A stretch of DNA of 49,950 bases from an uncultured Alphaproteobacteria bacterium (GCA_913047365.1 CAJWUK010000003.1:1-49950); one strand, 5' to 3'. Positions 10,062-19,781 are shown, counted from the stretch's first letter. Notes: generated by a model not told the origin, from the letters alone. Made by a program: numbers and translations.

Positions 10062-11021
10062 CTAACCGCCGAAATGTGTTGAAAGCGTCTTTCTGAGCCG
10101 CGCCTCGCCCACGCCCCGTTTATGGGCTTTCGGCGCGAGTTCATCGAACGCGGCCTTCGGGTCTTTCGCGCGCTGCAGCCGCTTATAGGCTTCGTCCCGG
10201 GGCGGTAGGCCCATGGCTTCAGCAACAAGCGACGTGTAATGGACGACCTCCACGCCATGGACTTCTTCCTGCGGACACAAATTACGATAGCAGGAATGAT
10301 ACAGCGCGGTGACGGCGTCCACACCCTGGTTCTTGGCATCTTGAAACAGGTCCCGCACTAGACCAGCGTGTTTGTCGGGCCCGACGATGCTGATCTGCAG
10401 ATTGCCGCAATCGTGTCCCCAGTCCGGAGTTCCGGTGGCATCGATCACCTCAAGGCCTGGTATTGCCTCCAGGATCGCGCGGGCAAAACGGGAATCCCGC
10501 TGGGCCTGATCGTTGTCTCCGTGGCCGTGAAACATAATACGGCGGTCGACCCGGTTGGGAAATTCAAGGCGGTCGAGATTGTCGACGATGTACTCGGTGA
10601 CATGCAGATAGGGAATATCGAATTCGAGTCCGGTTTCCGCCAACGCGTAATCCATATGGGCATGGCAGGACGGGCAATAGGTCAGCACAGCCTTCGGCGA
10701 ATAGCCTTTAAACTTGGCCAGCGACTGGCTCGTCAATCCCTCCGACACCTCTACATCGCCGTTCGCATGATGAATGATGCCGCAACAAGTGGACGGTCCG
10801 CCCAGCGGCACGTAGTCGACGCCCATGCGGGTCAAAATTTCGGTGATCGTTTCGGCTAGGGCGACCGTCCGCAGGACGTTGCAGCCGAGATAGAGCACAT
10901 AGTCGTGGTTGGACTTGTCTTTTTCGGTCCCGGAACCCCAGCACCTGTCGTCATCGTTCCGGATTGCATCTGCCAAGGGCAGAATCCGGCCGAAATAGGT
11001 GCCGTAATCGAAACCGGCCAT
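10062..11021 (-). CDS. Heterodisulfide reductase-related CCG-domain Fe-S protein
   Basis: YLGC..TCCG..YCPSC, then a degenerate second repeat (HDCG..YHSC). GGGGAG RBS. Confidence 0.8.
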   Translation of the reverse strand: MAGFDYGTYFGRILPLADAIRNDDDRCWGSGTEKDKSNHDYVLYLGCNVLRTVALAETITEILTRMGVDYVPLGGPSTCCGIIHHANGDVEVSEGLTSQSLAKFKGYSPKAVLTYCPSCHAHMDYALAETGLEFDIPYLHVTEYIVDNLDRLEFPNRVDRRIMFHGHGDNDQAQRDSRFARAILEAIPGLEVIDATGTPDWGHDCGNLQISIVGPDKHAGLVRDLFQDAKNQGVDAVTALYHSCYRNLCPQEEVHGVEVVHYTSLVAEAMGLPPRDEAYKRLQRAKDPKAAFDELAPKAHKRGVGEARLRKTLSTHFGG

Positions 11022-11192
11022 ATCAGGACTCCCCGTTCCGCCAAAACGTTAACATTTTCAGGACACTCGCGAAATCGGCAAGAATTCGTTAACCATAAAG
11101 CGGATAAAGCTACCGTCCTGTCGAAAGCGTGAACCCGACGTGAGCATTTAAGGCTGTATGGGACACGGCGCGTCCCCAAGATCTGGTAAGAG

Positions 11193-12641
11193 ATGAAACC
11201 TGCAGAAATGAAAACGACGAATAAAATCCTCAGCGTCCTAAACCCATTCGACCTGTCGCCTGTGGATACGCTGGCGGAGAACGACGAGACCGACATCGAA
11301 GAGGCGTTGACAACCGCCTACAGGCTGTTTCGTGATCAAGATTTATGGCTCCCTGCCCACGCGCGGCTGGCGGTTCTGGAAAAGACCGCCGCGCTGATGG
11401 AGCAGAGATACGACGCACTTGCGGAAACCGCTGTGCGCGAAGGGGGAAAGCCTTTGGCCGATAGCCGTATCGAGGTAACCCGGGCCATCGACACAGTGAA
11501 AGCCACCGCAGCAGTCTTGCGCACCCGGGATGGCGAGACGGTGCCCATGGGGCTTACACCCCCGGCAAACCATCGCGTTGCCTTTACCCGCAAAGCACCC
11601 ATCGGCGTAGTGGTCGCCGTCAGTGCCTTCAATCACCCGCTGAATTTGATCGTCCACCAGGTAGCACCCGCCATCGCAGCGGGATGCCCCGTTATCGTCA
11701 AACCGGCCCCCGACACACCGCTGTCCTGCCTCGCCTTCATCGACACCCTGCATGAAGCCGGGCTGCCGAAGGAATGGGTGCAGGCTATTGTCACTTCGGA
11801 TAACGATCTAGCGGAAAAACTGGTGACAGATACCCGGGTCGGATTCTTCACCTTCATCGGCAGCGCGGACGTCGGCTGGTCGCTGAGGTCGAAACTAGCG
11901 CCCGGCACGCGCTGTGCTCTGGAACACGGCGGCGCGGCGCCGGTGATTGTTACCGGCGACTGCGATGTGTACGAAGTGCGCGAAGCGTTACTGAAGGGTT
12001 GTTTCTATCACGCGGGCCAGGTGTGCGTATCTGTTCAACGCATCTTCGCCCATACCAAGATTGCCACCCGCTTCGCCACCCAGTTGGCGATGAAGGCCTC
12101 GGGCATGCAGCTTGGTGATCCCATGGACAAGAACACCGAAGTCGGCCCATTGATCCGGCCAGGCGAAACCGACCGAGTTCACGAATGGGTGACCGAAGCC
12201 GTGAAAGGTGGCGGCCAGTTACTGACCGGCGGTGAAAAACTGTCCGACACCGTGTACGCCCCGACCGTCGTTTTTAATCCACCCCCGGACTGCCGTTTGA
12301 TGACCGAAGAAGTGTTCGGCCCGGTAGTCTGTGTCGACCCCTGGTTCGAACTGGATGACGCGCTGGCCCGCGCCAACAGCCTGCCCACCGCATTCCAGGC
12401 CGCTGTCTTTACCCGGGATATAGAGCTCGCGATGGAAGTCAGCGGCCGGCTAGATGCATCCGCCGTAATGGTCAACGACCACACGGCTTTCCGCACCGAC
12501 TGGATGCCCTTCGCGGGCCTGCGCAAATCCGGGCTGGGAACCGGGGGTGTGCCCTACACTTATGACGACATGACTGTCGACAAGATGATCGTGCTGCGTA
12601 CCGATTCACTGGTCGCTCCGCCGGACGCCGGACCAACTTGA
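11193..12641 (+). CDS. Aldehyde dehydrogenase family protein (start may be 11208)
   Basis: AFNHPLNL, FIGSADVG, LEHGG, catalytic GQVCVS and EEVFGP. Confidence 0.93.
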   Translation: MKPAEMKTTNKILSVLNPFDLSPVDTLAENDETDIEEALTTAYRLFRDQDLWLPAHARLAVLEKTAALMEQRYDALAETAVREGGKPLADSRIEVTRAIDTVKATAAVLRTRDGETVPMGLTPPANHRVAFTRKAPIGVVVAVSAFNHPLNLIVHQVAPAIAAGCPVIVKPAPDTPLSCLAFIDTLHEAGLPKEWVQAIVTSDNDLAEKLVTDTRVGFFTFIGSADVGWSLRSKLAPGTRCALEHGGAAPVIVTGDCDVYEVREALLKGCFYHAGQVCVSVQRIFAHTKIATRFATQLAMKASGMQLGDPMDKNTEVGPLIRPGETDRVHEWVTEAVKGGGQLLTGGEKLSDTVYAPTVVFNPPPDCRLMTEEVFGPVVCVDPWFELDDALARANSLPTAFQAAVFTRDIELAMEVSGRLDASAVMVNDHTAFRTDWMPFAGLRKSGLGTGGVPYTYDDMTVDKMIVLRTDSLVAPPDAGPT

Positions 12642-12673
12642 CCCAATCGAATTTATTCGAGATCTCTGCCAGA

Positions 12674-13006
12674 AAAGCCTCCGACCTCTCTGTCCACCGT
12701 CTCGAAGCCGAGGGTGTCTAGCGCATTTTCGGCGTCCCGAGAAAGGAAAATGCCGACTTGATACTGACTTAGGAAGATAGTCGAATCGAATTCACCCTTT
12801 GCCGCCACGAGCAGGCCGCCGCCTTCACGGCCGATGCGCACGGTGGGCTGACGGGCAAGGCGGGTGTCTGCCTGGCCACGCTGGGACCGGGGACAACCAA
12901 CCTGGTAGTGGGTGTGACGGATGCGACTATGGATGGCGCGCCGATGGATTATTCGAAGAACCAGAAATTGACCAAGCGCCTCGGCGAAATCGAGGAAGCA
13001 ATCTAA
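12674..13006 (+). pseudogene. Acetolactate synthase large-subunit-like (ThDP enzyme) pseudogene with two in-frame stops and a large internal deletion
   Basis: My translation from 12674: KASDLSVHRLEAEGV*RIFGVPRKENADLILT*EDSRIEFTLCRHEQAAAFTADAHGGLTGKAGVCLATLGPGTTNLVVGVTDATMDGAPM|DYSKNQKLTKRLGEIEEAI*. RHEQ and TLGPG are family motifs. Not in the ORF track. Confidence 0.88.
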
Positions 13007-13030
13007 CGCTCGTTTTCAGCGGCTCCGGCC

Positions 13031-13369
13031 CTAAACCAAAGGCCCATCGAGTTCGTACTTCCTGTCCCGGTCCTCGATCTCGATCACCCAGAGATCGGGG
13101 TCGAACCCTGCCTCTCGATCGATCAAACTTCGCACGGCTTCTCCATCGACTGGATCTTCTCCGCTGGCCGCCCGCCAGGCGGGATCGCCGTCGAGAGTGA
13201 AGGTGCGGGCGAATACCTCGAACGTACCGTCCAACAGATTGCGGACAATCATCACCTGCCCCGCATCCGCATCGCCCCGGCGGATCACCAAAGCAGGCGT
13301 GAAGGCGAGATCGCAGATGCGTATCTGCGCCTTTACCCAGAGGCCGGTTTTAACGCGGGGGCCGGTCAG
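13031..13369 (-). CDS. DUF1491 family protein, probable CTG start
   Basis: Frame extends upstream as (L)TGPRVKTGLWVKAQIRICD; RRGDADAG and FDPDLWVIEIED are family motifs. Confidence 0.85.
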   Translation of the reverse strand: MTGPRVKTGLWVKAQIRICDLAFTPALVIRRGDADAGQVMIVRNLLDGTFEVFARTFTLDGDPAWRAASGEDPVDGEAVRSLIDREAGFDPDLWVIEIEDRDRKYELDGPLV

Positions 13370-14160
13370 GCCGCTTCCACCTTTTCGAAGTCGAAGACGA
13401 CGGGCTCTATATCGCCGGCCTTAATCGCGGCAACGCGTTCGGCTGACAGCGGAAAGCTGAATTGGACGTTGCGCATATCGATCCGCATACCCGCCAGTTC
13501 GACCGATAGTTCGGTCATCAGATCCCAGTCGGCGCCGGACATGTCTTCGGCGTCAAGCCCGATAATACCCTTGCACATGTGACCGAACTCGTCTTCGTAG
13601 ACCAGCGCCGCCGCCTTAGCAATCAGATCGTCCACCCCACCGTTGCCGGCGAGTTTCATGCCTTCGGAAAACAGGGTGCAATAACCGCCTTCAGTGAAGT
13701 AACAGGCCCGCTCTCCAGCCGTGCCGTATTGTTTCTTGATTTCCGCCCGGCGGTCGCGGATAGCGAGATTTTCAGCCCAGTCCGGCACTTCTTTCAGCCG
13801 GGTCGGGCTAAGACGCGGCTCCCCCTCTCCGCGGACGACGTCGTAGGCATCGGCATAGGCGCAGTAATGGGAAAACTCCTCGTACAGGCCTTCCATACGT
13901 TCCAAGATTTCCTCTCGGGGAATCTCGATGTCGATCTTCGGAAAATCGGCGATCAGATCTTCCGCCGGACCGAGATACAGCCCGCGCTGGTCGCCCAGCG
14001 GCGTATCCCAAACCTCTTTCCGTGCCTGGCGCAGCAACCAAAGTCGGTCGGTTTCATTTGTGCGGCCTGACCACGTCCAATAGGTGCGGAACACCTCCGC
14101 CTCGCCCGCGAACAGCGGTGCGACGGAGTCGACCAGGGATTTTAGTTGCTGGCTTGGCAT
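13366..14160 (-). CDS. Hypothetical protein with ferritin-like diiron motifs
   Basis: Acidic helical protein with E..EEFSH..E..EDEFGH; GGAGG RBS. Confidence 0.7.
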   Translation of the reverse strand: MPSQQLKSLVDSVAPLFAGEAEVFRTYWTWSGRTNETDRLWLLRQARKEVWDTPLGDQRGLYLGPAEDLIADFPKIDIEIPREEILERMEGLYEEFSHYCAYADAYDVVRGEGEPRLSPTRLKEVPDWAENLAIRDRRAEIKKQYGTAGERACYFTEGGYCTLFSEGMKLAGNGGVDDLIAKAAALVYEDEFGHMCKGIIGLDAEDMSGADWDLMTELSVELAGMRIDMRNVQFSFPLSAERVAAIKAGDIEPVVFDFEKVEAA

Positions 14161-14172
14161 CGCGGCGCCCTC

Positions 14173-15063
14173 CTATTCAGGCTTCTCCAGATGCTGGACA
14201 TAGACTTTGACAGTGTCCTGCATGGTGCGGGATCGATCAATAGTCTCGCGCGTTTCGGCGGAAAACGGCGTGCGGTCCAACAGACGGTAAAGATCCGCTG
14301 CGCCCTTGTGATAGTTTGGCGTTAATCCGACCGACGCATAAGTCTCGGCAATCTGTTCCATTTCTCCGATCCAACGGCCGGCATCGGCCGGCAGCGCTGG
14401 CACCCTATGGCCCATACGGGCTAGTGCGGCCGCCTGGCTGGCGCCCCACTCGGCCTCCATGATATCTCGGATCCCGAGCGCCTCGGACGCGGTATAGGCG
14501 GCGGTTAGCAGAGAGTCCGTGCCTTTGGTCACCGACGCGTAGACCATCTTTACCGCGGAAGCCCGGCCGATTTCATCGCCGAGCTGGATGATCCGCTTTC
14601 CGTTGCCGTCCAACTGATCCAGCATCGACGCATTTGGTCCGGATACATAGAGGCGGGTATCGGAGTCGGATTTACCGGGCGCCCAGCCGATTATCCCGCC
14701 ATCGATATAATCCGCCCCTGCCGCGCCGACCGTTTTGGCAATGCGCCGTGCCGTCGTGGGCGCAATAGCGTTCATGTCCACGAAGGTCGGTGACTGGCCG
14801 ATCCGGGTCATGGCGGCGGCGACATCCGCTGCCAGCCCTTCCGCCAGTTCGGGCGGCATGATCGACATGACCAGATCTGCTTCGGTGACCAGTGCATCTA
14901 TATCCGCGACATCTCGGAACCCGGCCCGATCGGCGCGCATACGGGTCTCGGCGCTGCGTCCGGCAAGAACAGTGATGACATCGATCTCCTGTCCCTTGAT
15001 CGATGCGCCCACGCCTTCACCCATGTCGCCGGGGCTGAGAATTGCAACGGTTTTAAGTGTCAT
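14173..15063 (-). CDS. NAD(P)-dependent oxidoreductase (6PGDH/HIBADH-like, DUF1932 C-terminus)
   Basis: LSPGDMG, DMNAIAP, DGGIIG, ASAVKMVYA and RWIGEMEQIA. Start at ATG 15063 behind GGAGA. Confidence 0.88.
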   Translation of the reverse strand: MTLKTVAILSPGDMGEGVGASIKGQEIDVITVLAGRSAETRMRADRAGFRDVADIDALVTEADLVMSIMPPELAEGLAADVAAAMTRIGQSPTFVDMNAIAPTTARRIAKTVGAAGADYIDGGIIGWAPGKSDSDTRLYVSGPNASMLDQLDGNGKRIIQLGDEIGRASAVKMVYASVTKGTDSLLTAAYTASEALGIRDIMEAEWGASQAAALARMGHRVPALPADAGRWIGEMEQIAETYASVGLTPNYHKGAADLYRLLDRTPFSAETRETIDRSRTMQDTVKVYVQHLEKPE

Positions 15064-15187
15064 GTCGGTCTCCGGTGTTGAGCTTTTAGCCAAATTAACC
15101 GTGGGGCCAGCGTGAAACAAACATAGAAAAGCCGGCGCCAGGGGGCACAAGGCGCCGACTTTCCGTACTGCAGAAGTGGGGCGCCGG

Positions 15188-16699
15188 TCAGGCGTCACGC
15201 AGCGGCAGGGCAATATAGCGGTCGTTGCCTTTTCTGTTGACCAGCATCAGGACGGCCTTGCGGTCGCTTTTCAGTTTTGAGGCGGCGGAAAGCAGCTTCG
15301 AGACCTGATCAGGTGTCCGGATTTCCTGGCCGGAGACGCGGCGAATGACATCGCCGGGGCGTATCCCCTTTCTGGCGGCAACGCCGTCAGGTGTTACGGA
15401 CATGACGACGACGCCTTTGACACGCCGCCCCAGACCGAACCGGACACGCTGGTTGTCGTCGACCGCCGCCAGGGTCATGCCAAATTTGACCTTGCCGGTT
15501 TCGGTTTTGACGTCAGCGACCTTTTCGGCCGACGGCATTGTGCCGATGGTGACGGTCAGCGTGTGCTCGCCGCCTTCCCGGTAAACCGTCATCTTCGCGG
15601 ACTGACCAGGCGCGATGATCGCGACCCGGCGCGGCAGTTCACGCATTTTCTCGATCCGTTCTCCATCCACCGCAACGATCACGTCGCCCGCTTTGAGACC
15701 CGCTGTCGCGGCCGGGCTGTCGCCGGTGACAGACGCGACCAGCGCGCCTTCGGGTTTTTTCAGGCCCAGCCCCGCCGCCAGATCAGGCGTCACGTTCTGG
15801 ATGTTGACGCCTAGCCATCCGCGGGAAACCGATCCGTTTTCCTTCAGCTGGGCGATGACAGATTTCACCATGTTGGCGGGTACAGCGAAGCCAATCCCCG
15901 CACTGGCGCCGCTGGGAGAGATGATGGCGGTGTTCACACCGATGACCTCGCCGCGAATGTTGAAAGTCGGGCCGCCGGAATTGCCCTTGTTGATGGGCGC
16001 ATCGATCTGCAGAAAATCGTCGTAGGGCCCGGCCCCGATATCGCGGCCGCGGGCGGAAACGATACCGGTTGTGGCGGTGTGCCCCAGCCCGAACGGGCTG
16101 CCGACGGCGATGACCCAGTCTCCGACCCTGGCGGCCGTCGAATCGCCGAACGCGACGAAGGGGAACTTCTGGTCGGATGTCACTTTCAGAAGGGCCAGAT
16201 CGGTCTTCGGATCCCGGCCCACCAGCGTGGCATCGTAGGTTTCGCCGCCCTTCAGGACGATTTCGATCCTGTCGGCGTTGCCGATGACGTGGTTGTTGGT
16301 CACAACATGGCCGTCGGCGTCGATGAAAAACCCTGACCCCATTCCCTGGACGCGAGGCGCCTGGCGCGGCCGGTTGGAACCGTTGTTGTCACCGAACGGG
16401 AACCGGAAATTCTCTCCGAAAAAGCGTTTGAACGGTTCGGGGATTTCCTGCATGCGGACACCGCTCTGCGTCGCTTTGCCGGTGACGCGGAGAGACACAA
16501 CCGCGGGCGATACCTGATCGATGATCTCGGAGAAACTTCCCGGCAGGGATTTGGTTTCCAGAGCGGCGCGCGGGGGCGTCAGCGCCGTCGATGCGGACAG
16601 TTTCTTGCTAGACAGCACCCCGCCCGCGGCGCCGAAAAGGGCGACGGCCCCAAGTGCGGCGACAGCGGCAAGAGCGGTTTTCTTTGAAGTATTCAACAT
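15188..16699 (-). CDS. degP: Do/DegQ family periplasmic serine endoprotease with two PDZ domains
   Basis: Signal/anchor sequence, VTNNHV, DLAL, NKGNSGGP and two PDZ domains. Confidence 0.93.
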   Translation of the reverse strand: MLNTSKKTALAAVAALGAVALFGAAGGVLSSKKLSASTALTPPRAALETKSLPGSFSEIIDQVSPAVVSLRVTGKATQSGVRMQEIPEPFKRFFGENFRFPFGDNNGSNRPRQAPRVQGMGSGFFIDADGHVVTNNHVIGNADRIEIVLKGGETYDATLVGRDPKTDLALLKVTSDQKFPFVAFGDSTAARVGDWVIAVGSPFGLGHTATTGIVSARGRDIGAGPYDDFLQIDAPINKGNSGGPTFNIRGEVIGVNTAIISPSGASAGIGFAVPANMVKSVIAQLKENGSVSRGWLGVNIQNVTPDLAAGLGLKKPEGALVASVTGDSPAATAGLKAGDVIVAVDGERIEKMRELPRRVAIIAPGQSAKMTVYREGGEHTLTVTIGTMPSAEKVADVKTETGKVKFGMTLAAVDDNQRVRFGLGRRVKGVVVMSVTPDGVAARKGIRPGDVIRRVSGQEIRTPDQVSKLLSAASKLKSDRKAVLMLVNRKGNDRYIALPLRDA

Positions 16700-16778
16700 C
16701 GTTCAACTCCTTCTGTACGTGGGAATGCGTCCGATATGGAATATGGCGGATTGCGGCTTACGACCGCCTGTCCGCAAA

Positions 16779-16794
16779 ATTAAAGATTTGTAAT
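16779..16794 (-). promoter_or_regulatory. Near-palindrome ATTACAAATCTTTAAT upstream of degP, possible response-regulator box
   Basis: AT-rich imperfect inverted repeat 80 nt upstream of the degP start. Confidence 0.3.
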
Positions 16795-16824
16795 GTTGAA
16801 AAAACGTCGGAATTCGGCCGGTAT

Positions 16825-17379
16825 TCAGCCCTGTTCCAGCTCGCTGTCCCAATACAGGAAATCGCGCCAGCTTTCGTGCAGGTAGTTGGGCGGAAAGGCG
16901 CGCCCGTTGTTCTGAAGCTGGTGGTTGGAAGGCTCCACCGGGCTGGTCGCAGGTACCATGCCGCAATCCAGTGGCAGGCGGTTGCCTTTCACCAGATTGC
17001 AGGACGAACACGCAGCGACGACGTTGTCCCAGCTTGTCAGCCCACCCCGTGACCGGGGAATGACGTGATCGAAGGTCAACTCGGCGGTGCCGGGCGAGTC
17101 GCCGCAGTACTGGCAGGCGAAGCGGTCCCGCAGGAAGACGTTGAACCGGGTGAACGCGGGGCGCCGCGACAAGGGTACATACTGCTTCAGCGCGATCACG
17201 CTGGGCAGCTTCATCGCGAAAGTGGGCGACCGTACTTCTTCATCGTATTCGGACACGATGTTTACGCGATCCAGGAACACTGCTTTTACGGCGTCCTGCC
17301 ATGGCCAGAGAGAAAGCGGAAAGTAGCTAAGCGGCCGAAAATCGGCGTTGAGAACCAGCGCGGAGGAATCCCCCCTCAC
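16825..17379 (-). CDS. HNH endonuclease
   Basis: LVLNADFRPLS, RDRFACQYCG, TFDHVIPRSRGG and CSSCNLVKG. Confidence 0.92.
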   Translation of the reverse strand: MRGDSSALVLNADFRPLSYFPLSLWPWQDAVKAVFLDRVNIVSEYDEEVRSPTFAMKLPSVIALKQYVPLSRRPAFTRFNVFLRDRFACQYCGDSPGTAELTFDHVIPRSRGGLTSWDNVVAACSSCNLVKGNRLPLDCGMVPATSPVEPSNHQLQNNGRAFPPNYLHESWRDFLYWDSELEQG

Positions 17380-17516
17380 CGGCCCGGTCTTCCCGCACGA
17401 ACGGCTGCTGCTGGTGCACTCATGCCCGAAAGACTAACGGGGGCATCGGACAAGGGCAACCGTACGGCGTGAAGATTTTGTGAATTCAGGCCGGCGGTGC
17501 ACCAGATGTGGTGGTT

Positions 17517-18179
17517 TCAACTCCCCAGGGCGTTCTTCACGAATTCCAAGCCGATGCGGATGCACTGTTCGTCGATGCCGTGGCCGAGGCCGGGGCGGAC
17601 GTGGGTATCGATCTCCACACCGCATTCCCTCAGGGCGGCGGCGGCGGTTTCCATTTCAGAAACGGCCAGCAATTCGTCGGAGTCCCCATGAATCATTACT
17701 ACTGGCGGTTTCGATTTTATCTCGTCCTTGAGCAGATCGGGCGCTTCCATCCGGCCGGAATATCCCACGATGCCGGCGACCGCTTTTTCGCGCCGGGGCG
17801 CGGTGAAAAGCGACATCATCGTGCCCTGCGAAAACCCGATCAGAACCAGGCTTTCCTCCGTCAGGCCACGGCGGTCGAGCTGCTGGTCGATGAAGTTGTC
17901 GAAGATGGCGGCGGTTGACCTGATCGCGCCCAGGCGTTCATCGCGGTCCTGCATCCAGACGTCGTACCATTGATAGCCATAGGGCGAGCCGTCACAGCGA
18001 TAGGGCGCATTAGGAGAAAAGAACGCCGCATCGGGGGCGACATGGGCAAAATACTGGGCCAGCGAGATCAGATCGTTGCCGTCCGCGCCGTAGCCGTGGA
18101 CGAACAGAATGAGCTGCTTCGCAGGCCCGCCGGAGGCGGGTTCGGCCTCGGGGCCGATGAGATCGGGAAGGTCGGTCAT
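17517..18179 (-). CDS. Phospholipase/carboxylesterase (alpha/beta hydrolase)
   Basis: HGYGADGNDL, GFSQG nucleophile, HGDSD and GLGHGI. Confidence 0.92.
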   Translation of the reverse strand: MTDLPDLIGPEAEPASGGPAKQLILFVHGYGADGNDLISLAQYFAHVAPDAAFFSPNAPYRCDGSPYGYQWYDVWMQDRDERLGAIRSTAAIFDNFIDQQLDRRGLTEESLVLIGFSQGTMMSLFTAPRREKAVAGIVGYSGRMEAPDLLKDEIKSKPPVVMIHGDSDELLAVSEMETAAAALRECGVEIDTHVRPGLGHGIDEQCIRIGLEFVKNALGS

Positions 18180-18216
18180 AAAAATTTCCGTTTCGAGGTT
18201 TCAGATCGCATCGATA

Positions 18217-18846
18217 TCATCTTTTACGCGACGTGTTCAGATAGTGATGCCAGAGAAGGCGGGCGGCAACACTGCGCCAAGGCCGCCACTGTTCGCCGAT
18301 ATCCGACAGCAAGTCCGGGCCCGGCCGCGCGTCTAGGCCTTTGATTTCATGTGCTGCCGCCTGCAGCGCGATATCGCCGACCGGCCACACATCCGGCCGC
18401 ATCAGGCACATCAGCAGATACACATCCGCCGTCCACGCCCCGACGCCTTTTACCTGCATCAGGTGGTCGCGCACCGCGTCGTCGTCCATACGGGAAAGCC
18501 TGCGAAAATTTACGGTGCCGTCCTGGATGCATTGGGAAAGATGGCGGATATAGCGGGTCTTCTGGCGGCTTACGCCTGCCTTGCGAAATTTCGCATCGGT
18601 GAGTCCCAGCGCATTGTCAGGCGTGAGATCCTTCATCGCCGCCGACAGGCGATCATACGCCGCCCGGGCAGACGCCAGCGACACCTGCTGTTCAAGAATC
18701 AGCAGCGTCAGCGTTTTAAAACCCGTCGGGCGTTGCCAGGTTGGCGGGTTTCCGTGCCGTTTGACGATTTGACGCAGATCAGGATCGCGCCTTGCGAGTA
18801 TGGTCAACGCTTTGCTAAAGGTCTGATTGCTAAGTCGGGTTGTCAT
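18217..18846 (-). CDS. alkA: DNA-3-methyladenine glycosylase II (AlkA / HhH-GPD family)
   Basis: ILEQQVSLASA, KGVGAWTADVYL, PVGDIAL and WRPWRS. Start at ATG 18846. Confidence 0.85.
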   Translation of the reverse strand: MTTRLSNQTFSKALTILARRDPDLRQIVKRHGNPPTWQRPTGFKTLTLLILEQQVSLASARAAYDRLSAAMKDLTPDNALGLTDAKFRKAGVSRQKTRYIRHLSQCIQDGTVNFRRLSRMDDDAVRDHLMQVKGVGAWTADVYLLMCLMRPDVWPVGDIALQAAAHEIKGLDARPGPDLLSDIGEQWRPWRSVAARLLWHHYLNTSRKR

Positions 18847-18920
18847 CAGAAACTGTCCCGCTGGCAGCGCGCCCGGACACGATCCCGGGACAGGTTGTTC
18901 TATCTCACAGAAGCAGCAGC

Positions 18921-19781
18921 ATGGCAAAACGTCGCAGTGAAGGTGGAGAGGTCACGCGGTTCGCACCGAGCCCAACCGGCTATTTGCATATAGGACACGC
19001 GTTTTCCGCCCTCACCGCGTTTCATGCCCGGGGCAAGGGCGGCACGTTTCATCTGCGCATCGAGGATATAGACCCCGGCCGTTGCAAGGACGAGTTTACA
19101 GACGCCATTCTAGAAGACCTGGCCTGGCTGGGGCTCGACTGGGAAACCCCGGTTCGCAAGCAATCCAAACACTTTAAAGACTACGAAGATGCCCTGAAGA
19201 AACTGAACCTGAAGGGCCTGATCTACCCGTGCTTTTGTACGCGCTCGGAAATCAAGGCCGAGATCGAAAATTCCGTTCACGCGCCGCACGGCCCGGACGG
19301 ACCGGTCTATCCTGGCATCTGCAAGAAACTGTCGGACGAAAAACGCGAAGACCGCATCGACGGCGGCGAAGCGCACGTCAAACGCCTCGACATGCAGGTT
19401 GCCGCCGCTATCGCCGGACCACTGGCCTGGCGCGATGCGGGTCAGGGGATGGTCAAGGCGAAGCCCGACCGGTTCGGCGACGTCGTACTGGCGCGCAAGG
19501 ACGTGCCGACCAGCTATCATCTGGCGGTCACGGTGGACGATCACCTGCAAGGCATCACCAAGGTGAACCGTGGCTCCGATCTGGTGCCGTCGACCGATGT
19601 ACACCGGCTGCTGCAGGGACTGTTAGGATATACCTCACCTACCTACGACCATCACCGGCTGATCAAGGATGCGACAGGCCGAAGGCTAGCCAAGCGCGAC
19701 CAGGACATGACCATCCGTGCGCTGCGCAAAAGCGGCTATACGCCCGAAGAAGTCATCAATATGTCCGGTTTCTCAGGCTGA
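18921..19781 (+). CDS. gluQ: tRNA glutamyl-Q(34) synthetase
   Basis: RFAPSPTGYLHIGH, LRIEDID, CFCTR, YHLAVTVDD and RLAKR; no anticodon-binding domain. Confidence 0.92.
   Translation: MAKRRSEGGEVTRFAPSPTGYLHIGHAFSALTAFHARGKGGTFHLRIEDIDPGRCKDEFTDAILEDLAWLGLDWETPVRKQSKHFKDYEDALKKLNLKGLIYPCFCTRSEIKAEIENSVHAPHGPDGPVYPGICKKLSDEKREDRIDGGEAHVKRLDMQVAAAIAGPLAWRDAGQGMVKAKPDRFGDVVLARKDVPTSYHLAVTVDDHLQGITKVNRGSDLVPSTDVHRLLQGLLGYTSPTYDHHRLIKDATGRRLAKRDQDMTIRALRKSGYTPEEVINMSGFSG

Noticed and set aside
16825-17379. HNH endonuclease as a defence or mobile element
   Set aside because: No methylase, integrase or compositional shift nearby; this type commonly sits beside gluQ and a carboxylesterase in alphaproteobacterial core regions.
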